Source: an uncultured Actinotalea sp. | Lineage (GTDB): Bacteria > Actinomycetota > Actinomycetes > Actinomycetales > Cellulomonadaceae | Direction of reading: 5' to 3' | DNA: 64,000 nucleotides | Assembly (NCBI GenBank): GCA_964416715.1 | Contig: CAYQFJ010000002.1 | Location: 15,523-79,522, forward strand | Part shown: in pieces, positions 53,637 through 62,430 of the stretch | How positions within the stretch are numbered: the first letter of the stretch is position 1 | Layout: the number at the start of each line of letters is the position of its first letter | Notes under the pieces: generated by a model | Databases searched by the model: none | What the model was told of the DNA's origin: nothing | The model's input: the letters and a program-made list of their open reading frames with translations, nothing else | Made by a program: the position numbers and the translations under genes

Positions 53637-54095
53637 TTAGCTGCGTGGGTGATGAGCAGTCTTGGACGGTCGGGGGGGTGTTGGCTGGCTTCTCGACATC
53701 AGGAGGACGAAGGCTCCAGCAGCCGCTAAGGCAGCCCACCCGCGAGCAGAGTAGGTGAACGACAGGATCGCTGTAATAGCGAAGAGGTCAACAGAGGAAG
53801 CATCTGGCCCAGTCCGCGCAAATAGAAGCATTGCGGGGAAGACTACGTATGCCGCGGCGGCGACGACGGCAACGTAAATGGTCAGTGGTCGGCTCCCTGG
53901 TCGCACCACCTGAACAAGCAGCACCGCGAAGAATATTGCCGTACCCAGCGCTGCGATCCCAACTGCGGAAAAGGAAGTACCGTCGAAAGGCTGATCGGAG
54001 CGAATGACGGCTTCAGTAACACCGACACAGAGGAGGCAGCCAGCGCTCAAGCTCGAGGCCCTAATGACATCTTGGACGGAGTGTGGCGTGGGCAT
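53637..54095 (-). CDS. Small multi-TM protein in a lower-GC segment
   Basis: Several hydrophobic segments; follows the secreted-protein gene. Confidence 0.45.
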   Translation of the reverse strand: MPTPHSVQDVIRASSLSAGCLLCVGVTEAVIRSDQPFDGTSFSAVGIAALGTAIFFAVLLVQVVRPGSRPLTIYVAVVAAAAYVVFPAMLLFARTGPDASSVDLFAITAILSFTYSARGWAALAAAGAFVLLMSRSQPTPPRPSKTAHHPRS

Positions 54096-54115
54096 CGAAT
54101 ACTAGTTTCAGCTCT

Positions 54116-55327
54116 CTAGTAGTAGCCGTAGTATCCTGACATACTGGCATTCGGGCAGGCCCCGTTGACGAGGCAGTATGCGCTCGCGTAGGTTCTCTGG
54201 TAGGCCGTGACCCATCCTACGCTGTCTCCGTGGAGATAGAGTTCATGGTTCGGCATCTGTTTGTGCAACCCAGAAATAATCGACCAGGCGCCCGATTTGG
54301 TGACCGTCATCGTAAACACGGCTGAGATTGAGTTCGGGACCGAAGTACAGAATGGGTTCGTAGCATCTATTACGAATCTGACATCGACGGAAGTTCCCGA
54401 GCTCGCGGCCAGGCGTGTCGCGGTGAGCGTAGTTCCCGTCGCTGTCTTCGTGTCCAGCAGGGTCCCCGACGAGTTGTAGGCCTTCGTAGCCCCGATGCTC
54501 GCGCTGGTCGTCGTGACGGTTCCACTCCCGGAGAAGCCTACCTCCGCTCGCAGGAGCGTTCGGGACGGGTAGCCGGAGGGGAGAAACCCACGGTCATCTC
54601 CACCGTACTGATTCGGAGCGTTGTATGTGCACCCGGCCGGAGGTGCCGAGATCTTGTCCTGCGGGATGAAGGTCTGATGCATGATAGCCGCAGTATTGTA
54701 CGAAGCTAAGACTGTGGCCATTTGCTGGAACTCTGCTCCGAGCGCGAGCGCGTCCCCGGCCTCTGTTTCGGGAATCACAGCGACGAGGCCCCAGATCTTG
54801 CCACTCGCGTCAACGTCGGGTAGCACCGCCTCAATGCGGTACGCGTATGCCTTCCCTGGCTCGACGTTTGCGTCTCGGAAGCTCGTCGCCGCAAGCTGGG
54901 TGACAAGAGAGTCGTCGCGATAGACTCTGTACTCGTCAATTGCGGGCAACGCTGCCCACGACAGGTCTACGAACTCGGCGGTGACAGCGACCATCGCAGG
55001 AGCTTCGCGCGCGGCCTTCGATGTGAGCAGCGTCGTGTCGACGATGGCGCGCTCGCCAGTCGTCCTGTCGGCAACTAACTCGAACCCGACGACGTTCGGC
55101 GGGTTAGTTCGCCCAGTGTTCTGAGATGGCTCGCTCTCATCCGGCTCTGCCGGATTGACGACGACGTAGTCACCGTGAAGGTAGCGATCGACAGTGAAGG
55201 TGGGAGCCTTTCCTCCCTGCGAGCCTGCACCGGTGACGGGAGAGGCCGCGATCAAGATGAGAGCTGCAGTGATCACTACAGCGGAAGCAGGAAGTTTCCT
55301 GCGAACCAAGGCCTTGTTCCTGTTCAT
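54116..55327 (-). CDS. Secreted protein with an FnIII-like domain and a DUF3238-like C-terminal domain
   Basis: Signal-like N-terminus; DLSW...YRVYRD...FRDANVEPGKAYAYRI; QTFIP...YGGDDRGF...PNHELY. Confidence 0.6.
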   Translation of the reverse strand: MNRNKALVRRKLPASAVVITAALILIAASPVTGAGSQGGKAPTFTVDRYLHGDYVVVNPAEPDESEPSQNTGRTNPPNVVGFELVADRTTGERAIVDTTLLTSKAAREAPAMVAVTAEFVDLSWAALPAIDEYRVYRDDSLVTQLAATSFRDANVEPGKAYAYRIEAVLPDVDASGKIWGLVAVIPETEAGDALALGAEFQQMATVLASYNTAAIMHQTFIPQDKISAPPAGCTYNAPNQYGGDDRGFLPSGYPSRTLLRAEVGFSGSGTVTTTSASIGATKAYNSSGTLLDTKTATGTTLTATRLAASSGTSVDVRFVIDATNPFCTSVPNSISAVFTMTVTKSGAWSIISGLHKQMPNHELYLHGDSVGWVTAYQRTYASAYCLVNGACPNASMSGYYGYY

Positions 55328-55370
55328 GTGCCCTCCTGAGGGGGCTGACTGGGTTCCCAGCCTCTCGGGT

Positions 55371-55829
55371 TCACCGACGCCTGTCAAGGAAAGCTGTGAC
55401 TGTAGTGATGTCCGGCGCGCGGCGGAAAGTTACCACCTCTTCCAGTCGCTTCACCGCACGGAGCAGTGTCGTACGGTCGGACCGGTTCGAGTACGCCTGG
55501 AACGCGGTCAAGTCGTCACCGAGCTCCAGGTACGGGTTCTCCGCGGCCATCTGCAGGTCATTGCTCACCGCTTCCAGCTCGGTGCGCACTCGGTCGAACG
55601 CGGACTGTGCGCGTCGAAGGTGTACCTGCTGTTGCCGTTCGATCACCTCGACGAGGTCGGACCAGCTGGGGACGTAGTCCTCACGGACGTAGACGTGCCC
55701 GGAGCTCCCACGCACCACCCCAGGTAGGAGGTTGTCGTCGACCAGCTGGCGCAGCGTCGCCACGTCGATCCCGGATCGGCGCGACACCTCGGACAGCTTC
55801 AGCGTTGCCACGTCGCCGTCAGTCGTCAT
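55371..55829 (-). CDS. MerR/excisionase-like HTH protein with a coiled coil
   Basis: LKLSEVSRRSGIDVATLRQLVDDNLLP. Confidence 0.55.
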   Translation of the reverse strand: MTTDGDVATLKLSEVSRRSGIDVATLRQLVDDNLLPGVVRGSSGHVYVREDYVPSWSDLVEVIERQQQVHLRRAQSAFDRVRTELEAVSNDLQMAAENPYLELGDDLTAFQAYSNRSDRTTLLRAVKRLEEVVTFRRAPDITTVTAFLDRRR

Positions 55830-55862
55830 GTCGGCAGGCTACTGGTGCACCCGTACGCGGTG

Positions 55863-55870
55863 CCGCACAT
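55863..55870 (+). promoter_or_regulatory. CCGCACAT motif (TG class)
   Basis: GTGCCGCACAT + 9 nt + ATG 55880. Confidence 0.75.
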
Positions 55871-55879
55871 CTGGCACCC

Positions 55880-56194
55880 ATGACCACCACGGCACTGTCG
55901 GAAGACCCCGGGCTGCGCACGATGCAGGGCGGCGCGAAGGGGTGGCTGCGCCCCGGCACGTTCGGTGTGCTGCTGTCCCACTGCAGCGAGGTGATCGATC
56001 GCACCTTCGAGCCTCGCACCGAGGTGTGGTCGGACCTGACGTCCGCAGCCGACGCCGGCCAGTACGGGCTGCGGGTTGCCCGCGCCCAGCCTGGTGCCGA
56101 GTTCGAGGTGATGCGGTTGGAGGCCGGTTCGTGGCGTGACTTCCGCGGCCGCACGGTGAAGGAGGTCATCGGCGACCGTTGGGGCAGCCCGTGA
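55880..56194 (+). CDS. Hypothetical protein
   Basis: Motif-anchored start MTTTALSEDPG. Confidence 0.55.
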   Translation: MTTTALSEDPGLRTMQGGAKGWLRPGTFGVLLSHCSEVIDRTFEPRTEVWSDLTSAADAGQYGLRVARAQPGAEFEVMRLEAGSWRDFRGRTVKEVIGDRWGSP

Positions 56195-57072
56195 CCCACC
56201 GGCAAGGTGGGTTCGCTGAGCTGCGTGTCGTGTCGACGGCGCGGTGGCTGGCTGACGACCTCGCGGGCGGCACGGATCTGCCGGTGGTGCACGACCTCGG
56301 GCTGGACGCACCTGCTGACACGACGTCGACGGCATGGTGGGCGCCTCACCGGTTCGTCTCCCGGCTGGCCGTCACCCCAGGGGCGACCCGCCCGCTCCTG
56401 CGATCTCCGGGGCCGGACTGGATGTCGACCGTCGACCCCGCGTTCACCCGTCGCAAGGTGTGGACCGGCCAGCTGCGAGACGCCCACCGTTCCGGGCTGT
56501 GGGACACGGCCGAGCCCGTCGACGGGCTGCGGGTGTTCGCGAAGGCGGCCGAGGTCAAGATCGGTCGGCTGCCGGCCCGGGGCTACATGACCGCGGGCGG
56601 GTTCGTCGGAGCTGCTGAGCGTGCAGGACTGCTTCCGACGTCCCCGGTGGTGCTGTCCGAGCTCGTGGCGTTCACGCAGGAGTACCGCTGCTTCATCGCC
56701 CCCAGGGCGGATGGTGCGCCCCGGGTGGTGGCCGCATCGGCGTACCTGTTGGCCGGCACGACCTGGGACTTCTGGGATGACGCCTCGCAGGCCCCGGACC
56801 CCTCCGATGCCGCGGCGTTCGCCCAACAGGTCGCTGCGGTGACCGCCGGGCCGGCGGGGTTCGTGCTGGACGTGGGGCGACTGGCTGACGGGTCGTGGGC
56901 GGTGGTGGAGGCGAACGCGTCCTGGTCGTCGAACCCGTACCACGCCGACCCTGCCGGGGTGGTGTCGTCGATCCTGGCCGCACAAGACCCGGCTGGTGAC
57001 CCCGGCTGGGCGTGGCGGTCGGATCCGTTCCTGGACCGGTTCGCGCAACCGCTACCGGTGCGCACGGCATGA
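56191..57072 (+). CDS. ATP-grasp domain protein (DUF4343/R2K-like)
   Basis: VFAK, EYRCFI, FVLDVG, WAVVEANASWSS. Confidence 0.75.
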   Translation: MTHRQGGFAELRVVSTARWLADDLAGGTDLPVVHDLGLDAPADTTSTAWWAPHRFVSRLAVTPGATRPLLRSPGPDWMSTVDPAFTRRKVWTGQLRDAHRSGLWDTAEPVDGLRVFAKAAEVKIGRLPARGYMTAGGFVGAAERAGLLPTSPVVLSELVAFTQEYRCFIAPRADGAPRVVAASAYLLAGTTWDFWDDASQAPDPSDAAAFAQQVAAVTAGPAGFVLDVGRLADGSWAVVEANASWSSNPYHADPAGVVSSILAAQDPAGDPGWAWRSDPFLDRFAQPLPVRTA

Positions 57073-57601
57073 TCGGGATCAGGCCGCGACGTTAACCCTG
57101 TGCGGCTGTTCTCCTGCGGGCATGACCACCAGGCGCCCGTCCCACAGACCGCTCACCTACCATCTTCGTGCCTTCCTGCTCGTGCTGCCCCACGCGGGTG
57201 AGTGTGCTGGAGGCACCGCGCTGCTGCTCGTTGCGACCCTCGCCGCACTGTTCTTCGGGCGCCGGGTCGATGCCACAGGCATGACCTCGCACCCGCCTGA
57301 ACCGTCACGCCCCCGCCACCGGGCCCGCGCACCGATCGAGCGCTGGCTCCGCCCGTCGAGATGCAAGCGCACCAACGCTTGGCGCCACGCTGTTCCTGTC
57401 GTGCTGGCGGCGCTGCGGCTCGTCGCGTTCTTCCCCGAGCAGCCGCCGGCTCCACCACCCAACATCAGTGTGGTGGAGATCACACCCGAGATGGGTGCGC
57501 CGGAGTGCCGGGCGCGCACAGTCACCGGCGAAGGCGGAACCACCAACCCGGTCCACCCGCCTTCGGCCCCGGAAAGGTCGGACCGGAGCAAGGAACACAC
57601 C

Positions 57602-57751
57602 ATGGGCATCTACCAGGGCGCGCACGTCGTCGCGCAGTTCCCGGACGCCACCGTCGAGGCCATCGTCCTCGAGGTCCGCGGCAACGAAGCGCTCGTGCAG
57701 CAGAAGGGCACCCAGCGGGCCGAGTGGATTCCGCTGAGCCAGCTACGCTGA
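57602..57751 (+). CDS. Small SH3-like beta-barrel protein (49 aa)
   Basis: AAGGA RBS; MGIYQGAHVV...EWIPLSQLR; hairpin downstream. Confidence 0.55.
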   Translation: MGIYQGAHVVAQFPDATVEAIVLEVRGNEALVQQKGTQRAEWIPLSQLR

Positions 57752-57756
57752 CCACC

Positions 57757-57795
57757 GGCGACCCCACCCTCGCCCCCTGCATGGGTGGGGTCGCC
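57757..57795. terminator. Stem-loop between convergent genes
   Basis: GGCGACCCCACCC...GGGTGGGGTCGCC. Confidence 0.65.
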
Positions 57796-57805
57796 CCAAA
57801 GCTGT

Positions 57806-60652
57806 TCAGCCGCCGGCCGGAGCTCCCGGGTACCGCAGGTCCAGGACGTCGTCAGGGAACGTCACCTCCCGGTCCTCGGACCACCGGCTTGTGGTGACCA
57901 CCGGCTCCCCGAGCAGCTCGATCGCTTCGGCTACGGTCAGCCCGTATGGCGCCCGGCCGCTCTCCACGAGCCGGTTGGTCACCCGGGCCAACCCAGCATC
58001 GACGTCCGTGTACCCGTTGACCCGGGTGGTGAGCCACGGGGCGTGGATCCTCAACCCCTTGGCGTGGTCCTCCCACAGCGACTCGTCCAGGTAGTCCTCG
58101 AGGAACCGGGCCTTCGCCTCGCCGGTCGCCCGGTCCACCCATGCCTGCGCGAGCCCGTCCGTGAGTGTGCGGGCCTGGCCTTCCAGCACGGCCCGAGCGC
58201 GACGGTTGGCGTCCCACAGGTCAGCGTGCTGCTGGGCGTCCGCCAGGACGGCATCGTCCAGGAACACGACCTGGTTCCCCCGCCTGTCCTCGGCCCACGG
58301 GGGCGGGACCTCACCGACCCGGTGCGGGTCGAGACCCCAGTTGTGCCGCGGCTTCCACGTCGTGACGTTCGACTCGGACGCCCGACCGGCGGCCAGCACG
58401 ACCCGCCCGCCCTGACGGGTCCACGTGACCCGGCGTGTCCGGGACGTCACGTACTCGAACTCGCCGGTCAACGCGTGCTGCGGGTCGAACGGCGGCGGGG
58501 TGGTCGGCTGGTACCAGGCCTCGAAGGCCGTCTTGTCGTAGCGGGACGTGGCCTCGTCGTACATGACCGCGACCAGCCGGTGCCCGTCCGGGGCTGGAAG
58601 GGCACGGATCTGGCCGATGGCCTCGTCGATCTCCGGGTCGGACAGGTGCTCGGCTCGCCGAGCACGACGGTTCCACGTCTCCCACCGGTCCGAGGTGTGC
58701 AGCATCGTCCACCGGTTCACGGTCGCCGGTGCGGGCACCTGCCAGGTCTTCACACTGCGCGCCTTGCCGGTCTTCGTGTACTCGGCGAGGTCGACGAACA
58801 CGTCCAGCGGTGCGACCTGATCACCCCACTCGTTGCGCTCCTTGTCGGTGGGGCGAGCCCACTTCCGAGGGCTGGGCGTCCCGACGACCCAGCTGCCGTC
58901 CTTCTTCCGGGCCACGAACAGCGCGTCGGGGTGCTTGGCCCGCAGGTGCGCCAGGGTGCCGGCGGCGGCGTCGGACGTGTCCGCGGTCCGGCGTCGTGCG
59001 GCGTGCTCGGCCAGGATCATCCGGGCGGCCTTCGCCTCGGCGGGGGCGTCACCGTTCAGTGGCCGGTGCCAGCGGTTCCCGATCTTCCACCAGGTGACCA
59101 GCTCGTCGAGGAGCCCGGCGGCCTCGCTGACGGTGATGTCGTCGGCCTGGGCGATCTGCGCGGCGAGCAGGTCCCGGAACGGGGCCTCAGCGGCGGCCTC
59201 GGCCTCCTTGAACGCGATGGCGGCGTTCAGGACGGGGAACATGTCCGCGTAGGCGTGCCGCTGCGTGCGGGCCCCGAGGTAGTCCTTCATCTCGTCGACG
59301 GTCACCAGGTCCACGGGCAGCACGAACTGGTCGGAGGGGAAGATCACGCACGACGCCTTCGTCTTGGGGACGCGGTACTCCTCGCGGCCCCACTCGTCAC
59401 GCAGCCACTCCTCGCGGGTGCGGGCGTAGGTGAACACCAGGGAGCCGGGCTCGTTGCCGTGGCGGGTGATCGTGTGCACCTCACCCGTGGACGGGTACTC
59501 GGCACGGGCCGGCGACAGGCGCGGGTGCTGGTCATAGGACCACCGGTCGCGGGAGGTCTCCGGCCAGTCCTGGTGTCGGGTGGTGATGATGACCCGCATG
59601 CCCGGGGTGAGGTTGAGGTTCTTCTCGGCGAGCCACTGGTAGAACGGCTTGCGGCCGGAGGTGATCTGGTTCTCGTCGTCGGCGACCAGGACCACGTGCC
59701 CGGCGTCGTAGTGCTCGGGAGCCAGCAGCGACAGCCCGGCCACGGGCAGGGGCTGGAACACCGCGGTCCGGTCGACCAGCCCCTGCAGGATCAGGGCGAT
59801 GCGCATGTAGTGGCGCTCCCGGGCCCCGGCCACCTTCTCCGCTTCGAGCCACGCCTTGCTGCCGGGCTCCAGGGGCTGCTTGGTCCACCGGTCGACGAAC
59901 ATCGCGGTGAACTCGTTGCGGGCCGGGACCAAGCGCTTGCCGACCTGGAAGTTCGTCAGCATCCGGTACACGTTCGCGCCGTTACGGATCAGCCACCACG
60001 ACTGGGCGTTCGCCTGGTCCATGGCGTCCTGCAGCCACGGGTCCTTGTAGTCGCGGCCCTGCCGTCGAGGGATGATCGCGACGACGCCCCGATCCTCGGG
60101 AAGCACCTGGTGCAGGTGGGCGGGGTCGGCGGTGATCCACCGGTCGAAGTCCTCGATGTTGCGGACGTCCATGCCGCCGCTCTCGGCGTACAGCGCCGAC
60201 TCCTCGTCCATCGCCAGGACCTGCTGGCGCACGTGGATCGGTGCCCCGGCCGGTGCCGGTTCACCTTCGGCCAGGACGTGCAGCTCCTCGTCCCGCCCGA
60301 GGTAGAGGTTCATCGTCCAGATCCCCTCCTCGAGCATCTTCATCTGCTGCTGGAGGGGTTCGAGCTCGGCTGCCATGGCGCGCACCTGCGCGTCGAGTGC
60401 GCGCTTCTGCTGCTCGATCAGCTCCTTGGCCTTGGCCTGCGCTTCGAGCGCGGTCCTGCGGGCGGTGGCGACCATGGCCCGGGACGCGGCCATCTGCGTC
60501 TTGACGTTCATCGCAACGTCGGCGCCGGCGGGCACGAGGGCTCCTCCGCCCTGTCCCGCGGCTGCTGATGCGGCGACGGCGTCGTTGGCGGCCTGGCGCG
60601 CCACCTTGAGCGCGGCGGTGACATCGGCGGGTGGTGACGTGGGCTCGTTCAT
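57806..60652 (-). CDS. Large hypothetical protein (948 aa) with an N-terminal coiled coil
   Basis: Long ORF with normal codon bias; motif-anchored ATG. Confidence 0.8.
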   Translation of the reverse strand: MNEPTSPPADVTAALKVARQAANDAVAASAAAGQGGGALVPAGADVAMNVKTQMAASRAMVATARRTALEAQAKAKELIEQQKRALDAQVRAMAAELEPLQQQMKMLEEGIWTMNLYLGRDEELHVLAEGEPAPAGAPIHVRQQVLAMDEESALYAESGGMDVRNIEDFDRWITADPAHLHQVLPEDRGVVAIIPRRQGRDYKDPWLQDAMDQANAQSWWLIRNGANVYRMLTNFQVGKRLVPARNEFTAMFVDRWTKQPLEPGSKAWLEAEKVAGARERHYMRIALILQGLVDRTAVFQPLPVAGLSLLAPEHYDAGHVVLVADDENQITSGRKPFYQWLAEKNLNLTPGMRVIITTRHQDWPETSRDRWSYDQHPRLSPARAEYPSTGEVHTITRHGNEPGSLVFTYARTREEWLRDEWGREEYRVPKTKASCVIFPSDQFVLPVDLVTVDEMKDYLGARTQRHAYADMFPVLNAAIAFKEAEAAAEAPFRDLLAAQIAQADDITVSEAAGLLDELVTWWKIGNRWHRPLNGDAPAEAKAARMILAEHAARRRTADTSDAAAGTLAHLRAKHPDALFVARKKDGSWVVGTPSPRKWARPTDKERNEWGDQVAPLDVFVDLAEYTKTGKARSVKTWQVPAPATVNRWTMLHTSDRWETWNRRARRAEHLSDPEIDEAIGQIRALPAPDGHRLVAVMYDEATSRYDKTAFEAWYQPTTPPPFDPQHALTGEFEYVTSRTRRVTWTRQGGRVVLAAGRASESNVTTWKPRHNWGLDPHRVGEVPPPWAEDRRGNQVVFLDDAVLADAQQHADLWDANRRARAVLEGQARTLTDGLAQAWVDRATGEAKARFLEDYLDESLWEDHAKGLRIHAPWLTTRVNGYTDVDAGLARVTNRLVESGRAPYGLTVAEAIELLGEPVVTTSRWSEDREVTFPDDVLDLRYPGAPAGG

Positions 60653-60661
60653 GGGGTGCTG

Positions 60662-60669
60662 ATGTGCGG
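60662..60669 (-). promoter_or_regulatory. CCGCACAT motif (TG class)
   Basis: CTGCCGCACAT + 9 nt + ATG 60652. Confidence 0.75.
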
Positions 60670-60697
60670 CAGTTGGGGCGATCGGGCGCCTCCGCCC

Positions 60698-61276
60698 CTA
60701 CGTGTGAAGCGGAAGGATGCTGCCCTCCCACGCCTGGGTGAGCAGAGTGTGGTCCTCGGCGCTGATCTGGTCACCGGCTGCGACTGCGAGAACCGTGCCG
60801 CAGACGGCCCAGGAGACGGTCAGCATCTGGTTGGCTCGACGACGGAGCAGCGCGCTCGTCAGGACACGGACCTGGACCACCCCGACCACGAACGACAGGG
60901 CAAGCGCCCCCAGGACCACAAGCAGCAGCGGCCACTGGTTCACCGGTGGGACGAAGAACCCGACACACAGTGCCGCAGCAAGCACGGTCCAGTTGGTGCG
61001 GAAGACGGTCCGACTGTGCGCGCGCATCAGCTCCTGCAGCGGTGCGCGCCAGTCCCCCGCCCACGCCTGGAACTTCGCGGTGTTGCTGGTGTGTGCGTCG
61101 TCGACGAGCTGACGGTAGTGGCCGGTGGCGTGCTGCCGGGCCCGATCGTAGGCGTCGTCCCACGCGTGGCCGTCGATGGTGCGGTGGGCCTGGACCAGTG
61201 CGGTCTGTTGCTTGTCGGTCAGCTGCCCCGCTACGCGCATGATCGTGTCGATCTGCCTGTCTGCGTCGTTCTCCAT
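60698..61276 (-). CDS. Membrane protein, hypothetical
   Basis: MENDADRQ...; 2-3 hydrophobic segments. Confidence 0.6.
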   Translation of the reverse strand: MENDADRQIDTIMRVAGQLTDKQQTALVQAHRTIDGHAWDDAYDRARQHATGHYRQLVDDAHTSNTAKFQAWAGDWRAPLQELMRAHSRTVFRTNWTVLAAALCVGFFVPPVNQWPLLLVVLGALALSFVVGVVQVRVLTSALLRRRANQMLTVSWAVCGTVLAVAAGDQISAEDHTLLTQAWEGSILPLHT

Positions 61277-61286
61277 GCAGGTACAT

Positions 61287-61294
61287 ATGTGCGG
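61287..61294 (-). promoter_or_regulatory. CCGCACAT motif (variant flank, 10-nt spacing)
   Basis: GTCCGCACAT + 10 nt + ATG 61276. Confidence 0.55.
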
Positions 61295-61399
61295 ACGGTG
61301 CGAGAACAGTGCGGCCCTTGTTCTCGCTTCAGTGCGCAAGCGAGAACGGCGAGGTCCATCGTTCTCGGATCCAGGTCATGCGTGCCGAGCGTGCCGGTG

Positions 61400-61407
61400 C
61401 CGCACAT
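61400..61407 (+). promoter_or_regulatory. CCGCACAT motif (TG class)
   Basis: GTGCCGCACAT + 9 nt + ATG 61417. Confidence 0.75.
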
Positions 61408-61416
61408 CTGCAGTCG

Positions 61417-62328
61417 ATGAGCACCAAGCTGCATCACGGGTACCGACTCGCTGTGGGTGTCGACCCGTTCGACTTCATCGCGACCGTGCGCGCCCACATC
61501 GACCCGGTGCGTGACCGTGCCGACGCTCGGATCCTCGCCGAACGCGCTGTCGCGATCATCGACAAGGCCGCAGTGCACGGGCTCGTCACCCATGCCGGGG
61601 ACGACCTCGCCTCCTTGATGAAGACGCCACTCACTGCGGCGTACGTGGCGTACGAGTACGAGCAGGCCAAGCTCCGCGACATCGACCGCCGTCACGACCC
61701 CAATCGGTTCGAGCTGTCGTTCGGACGGGACCCTCAGACTGGTCGGTTCGGGGTGCTGCGGTTCGCCGACGAGGCGACCCTCATCGACGCGTTCGACGCG
61801 ATACCCGAGGTCGAGGAGTACGGGTACTGGAACAACACCGACCGCCCGGACGACGTCACCGAGGACCAGTGGGATCAGCGGCGCGAGTTCTGGGACCGGG
61901 TCCTGCCCGGGTACAGCGCCCCGGTCGAGGTGATGCTCGGCTGGTCGCTGCGCAGCACCCACCACCCCGGGCCGCTGAGCCTCGCCTCCGATCGGTCCCC
62001 GCTGATCCTCGAGGAGCTACCTGACCTGGACCGGCGTGCGCGCCGTGCCGCGCAGGATGCCGTCTCGGCCGCCGCCGTGCGGGCCATGTCGGAGTCCCGG
62101 GCGGTGCACGAGATCACCAGCCTGGTGTTCCGCACCCTGCGCACCGACCAGTACCCCGACGTCGTCGACGCCGCCCGCGCACTGCTGCCCGTCGACATCG
62201 ACTTCGACCTGCTCACGGGCAACCGACCACTGGTCATCGAGGACGCCGAGACCAAGCGGGCCGCGTTCCTCGGTCTTGCCGAAGCCGCCGGGAGGCGCCT
62301 CTACCGGGCTGAGGGTGCGGAGGACTGA
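61417..62328 (+). CDS. Hypothetical protein
   Basis: MSTKLHHGY...; YGYWNNTDRPDDVTEDQWDQRREFW motif. Confidence 0.7.
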   Translation: MSTKLHHGYRLAVGVDPFDFIATVRAHIDPVRDRADARILAERAVAIIDKAAVHGLVTHAGDDLASLMKTPLTAAYVAYEYEQAKLRDIDRRHDPNRFELSFGRDPQTGRFGVLRFADEATLIDAFDAIPEVEEYGYWNNTDRPDDVTEDQWDQRREFWDRVLPGYSAPVEVMLGWSLRSTHHPGPLSLASDRSPLILEELPDLDRRARRAAQDAVSAAAVRAMSESRAVHEITSLVFRTLRTDQYPDVVDAARALLPVDIDFDLLTGNRPLVIEDAETKRAAFLGLAEAAGRRLYRAEGAED

Positions 62329-62430
62329 GGTGCACGCGATCGACTGCCGCTGCCACTGCTGCCATGCCGAGCTCAGGACGATGAGCCGCCGCCGTTCTCT
62401 GCGCATGGTCCCGGGTGGGAGGTGCCTACG

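Noticed and set aside
57785-60568. 927-aa plus-strand ORF
   Set aside because: Antisense shadow of the motif-anchored 948-aa gene.
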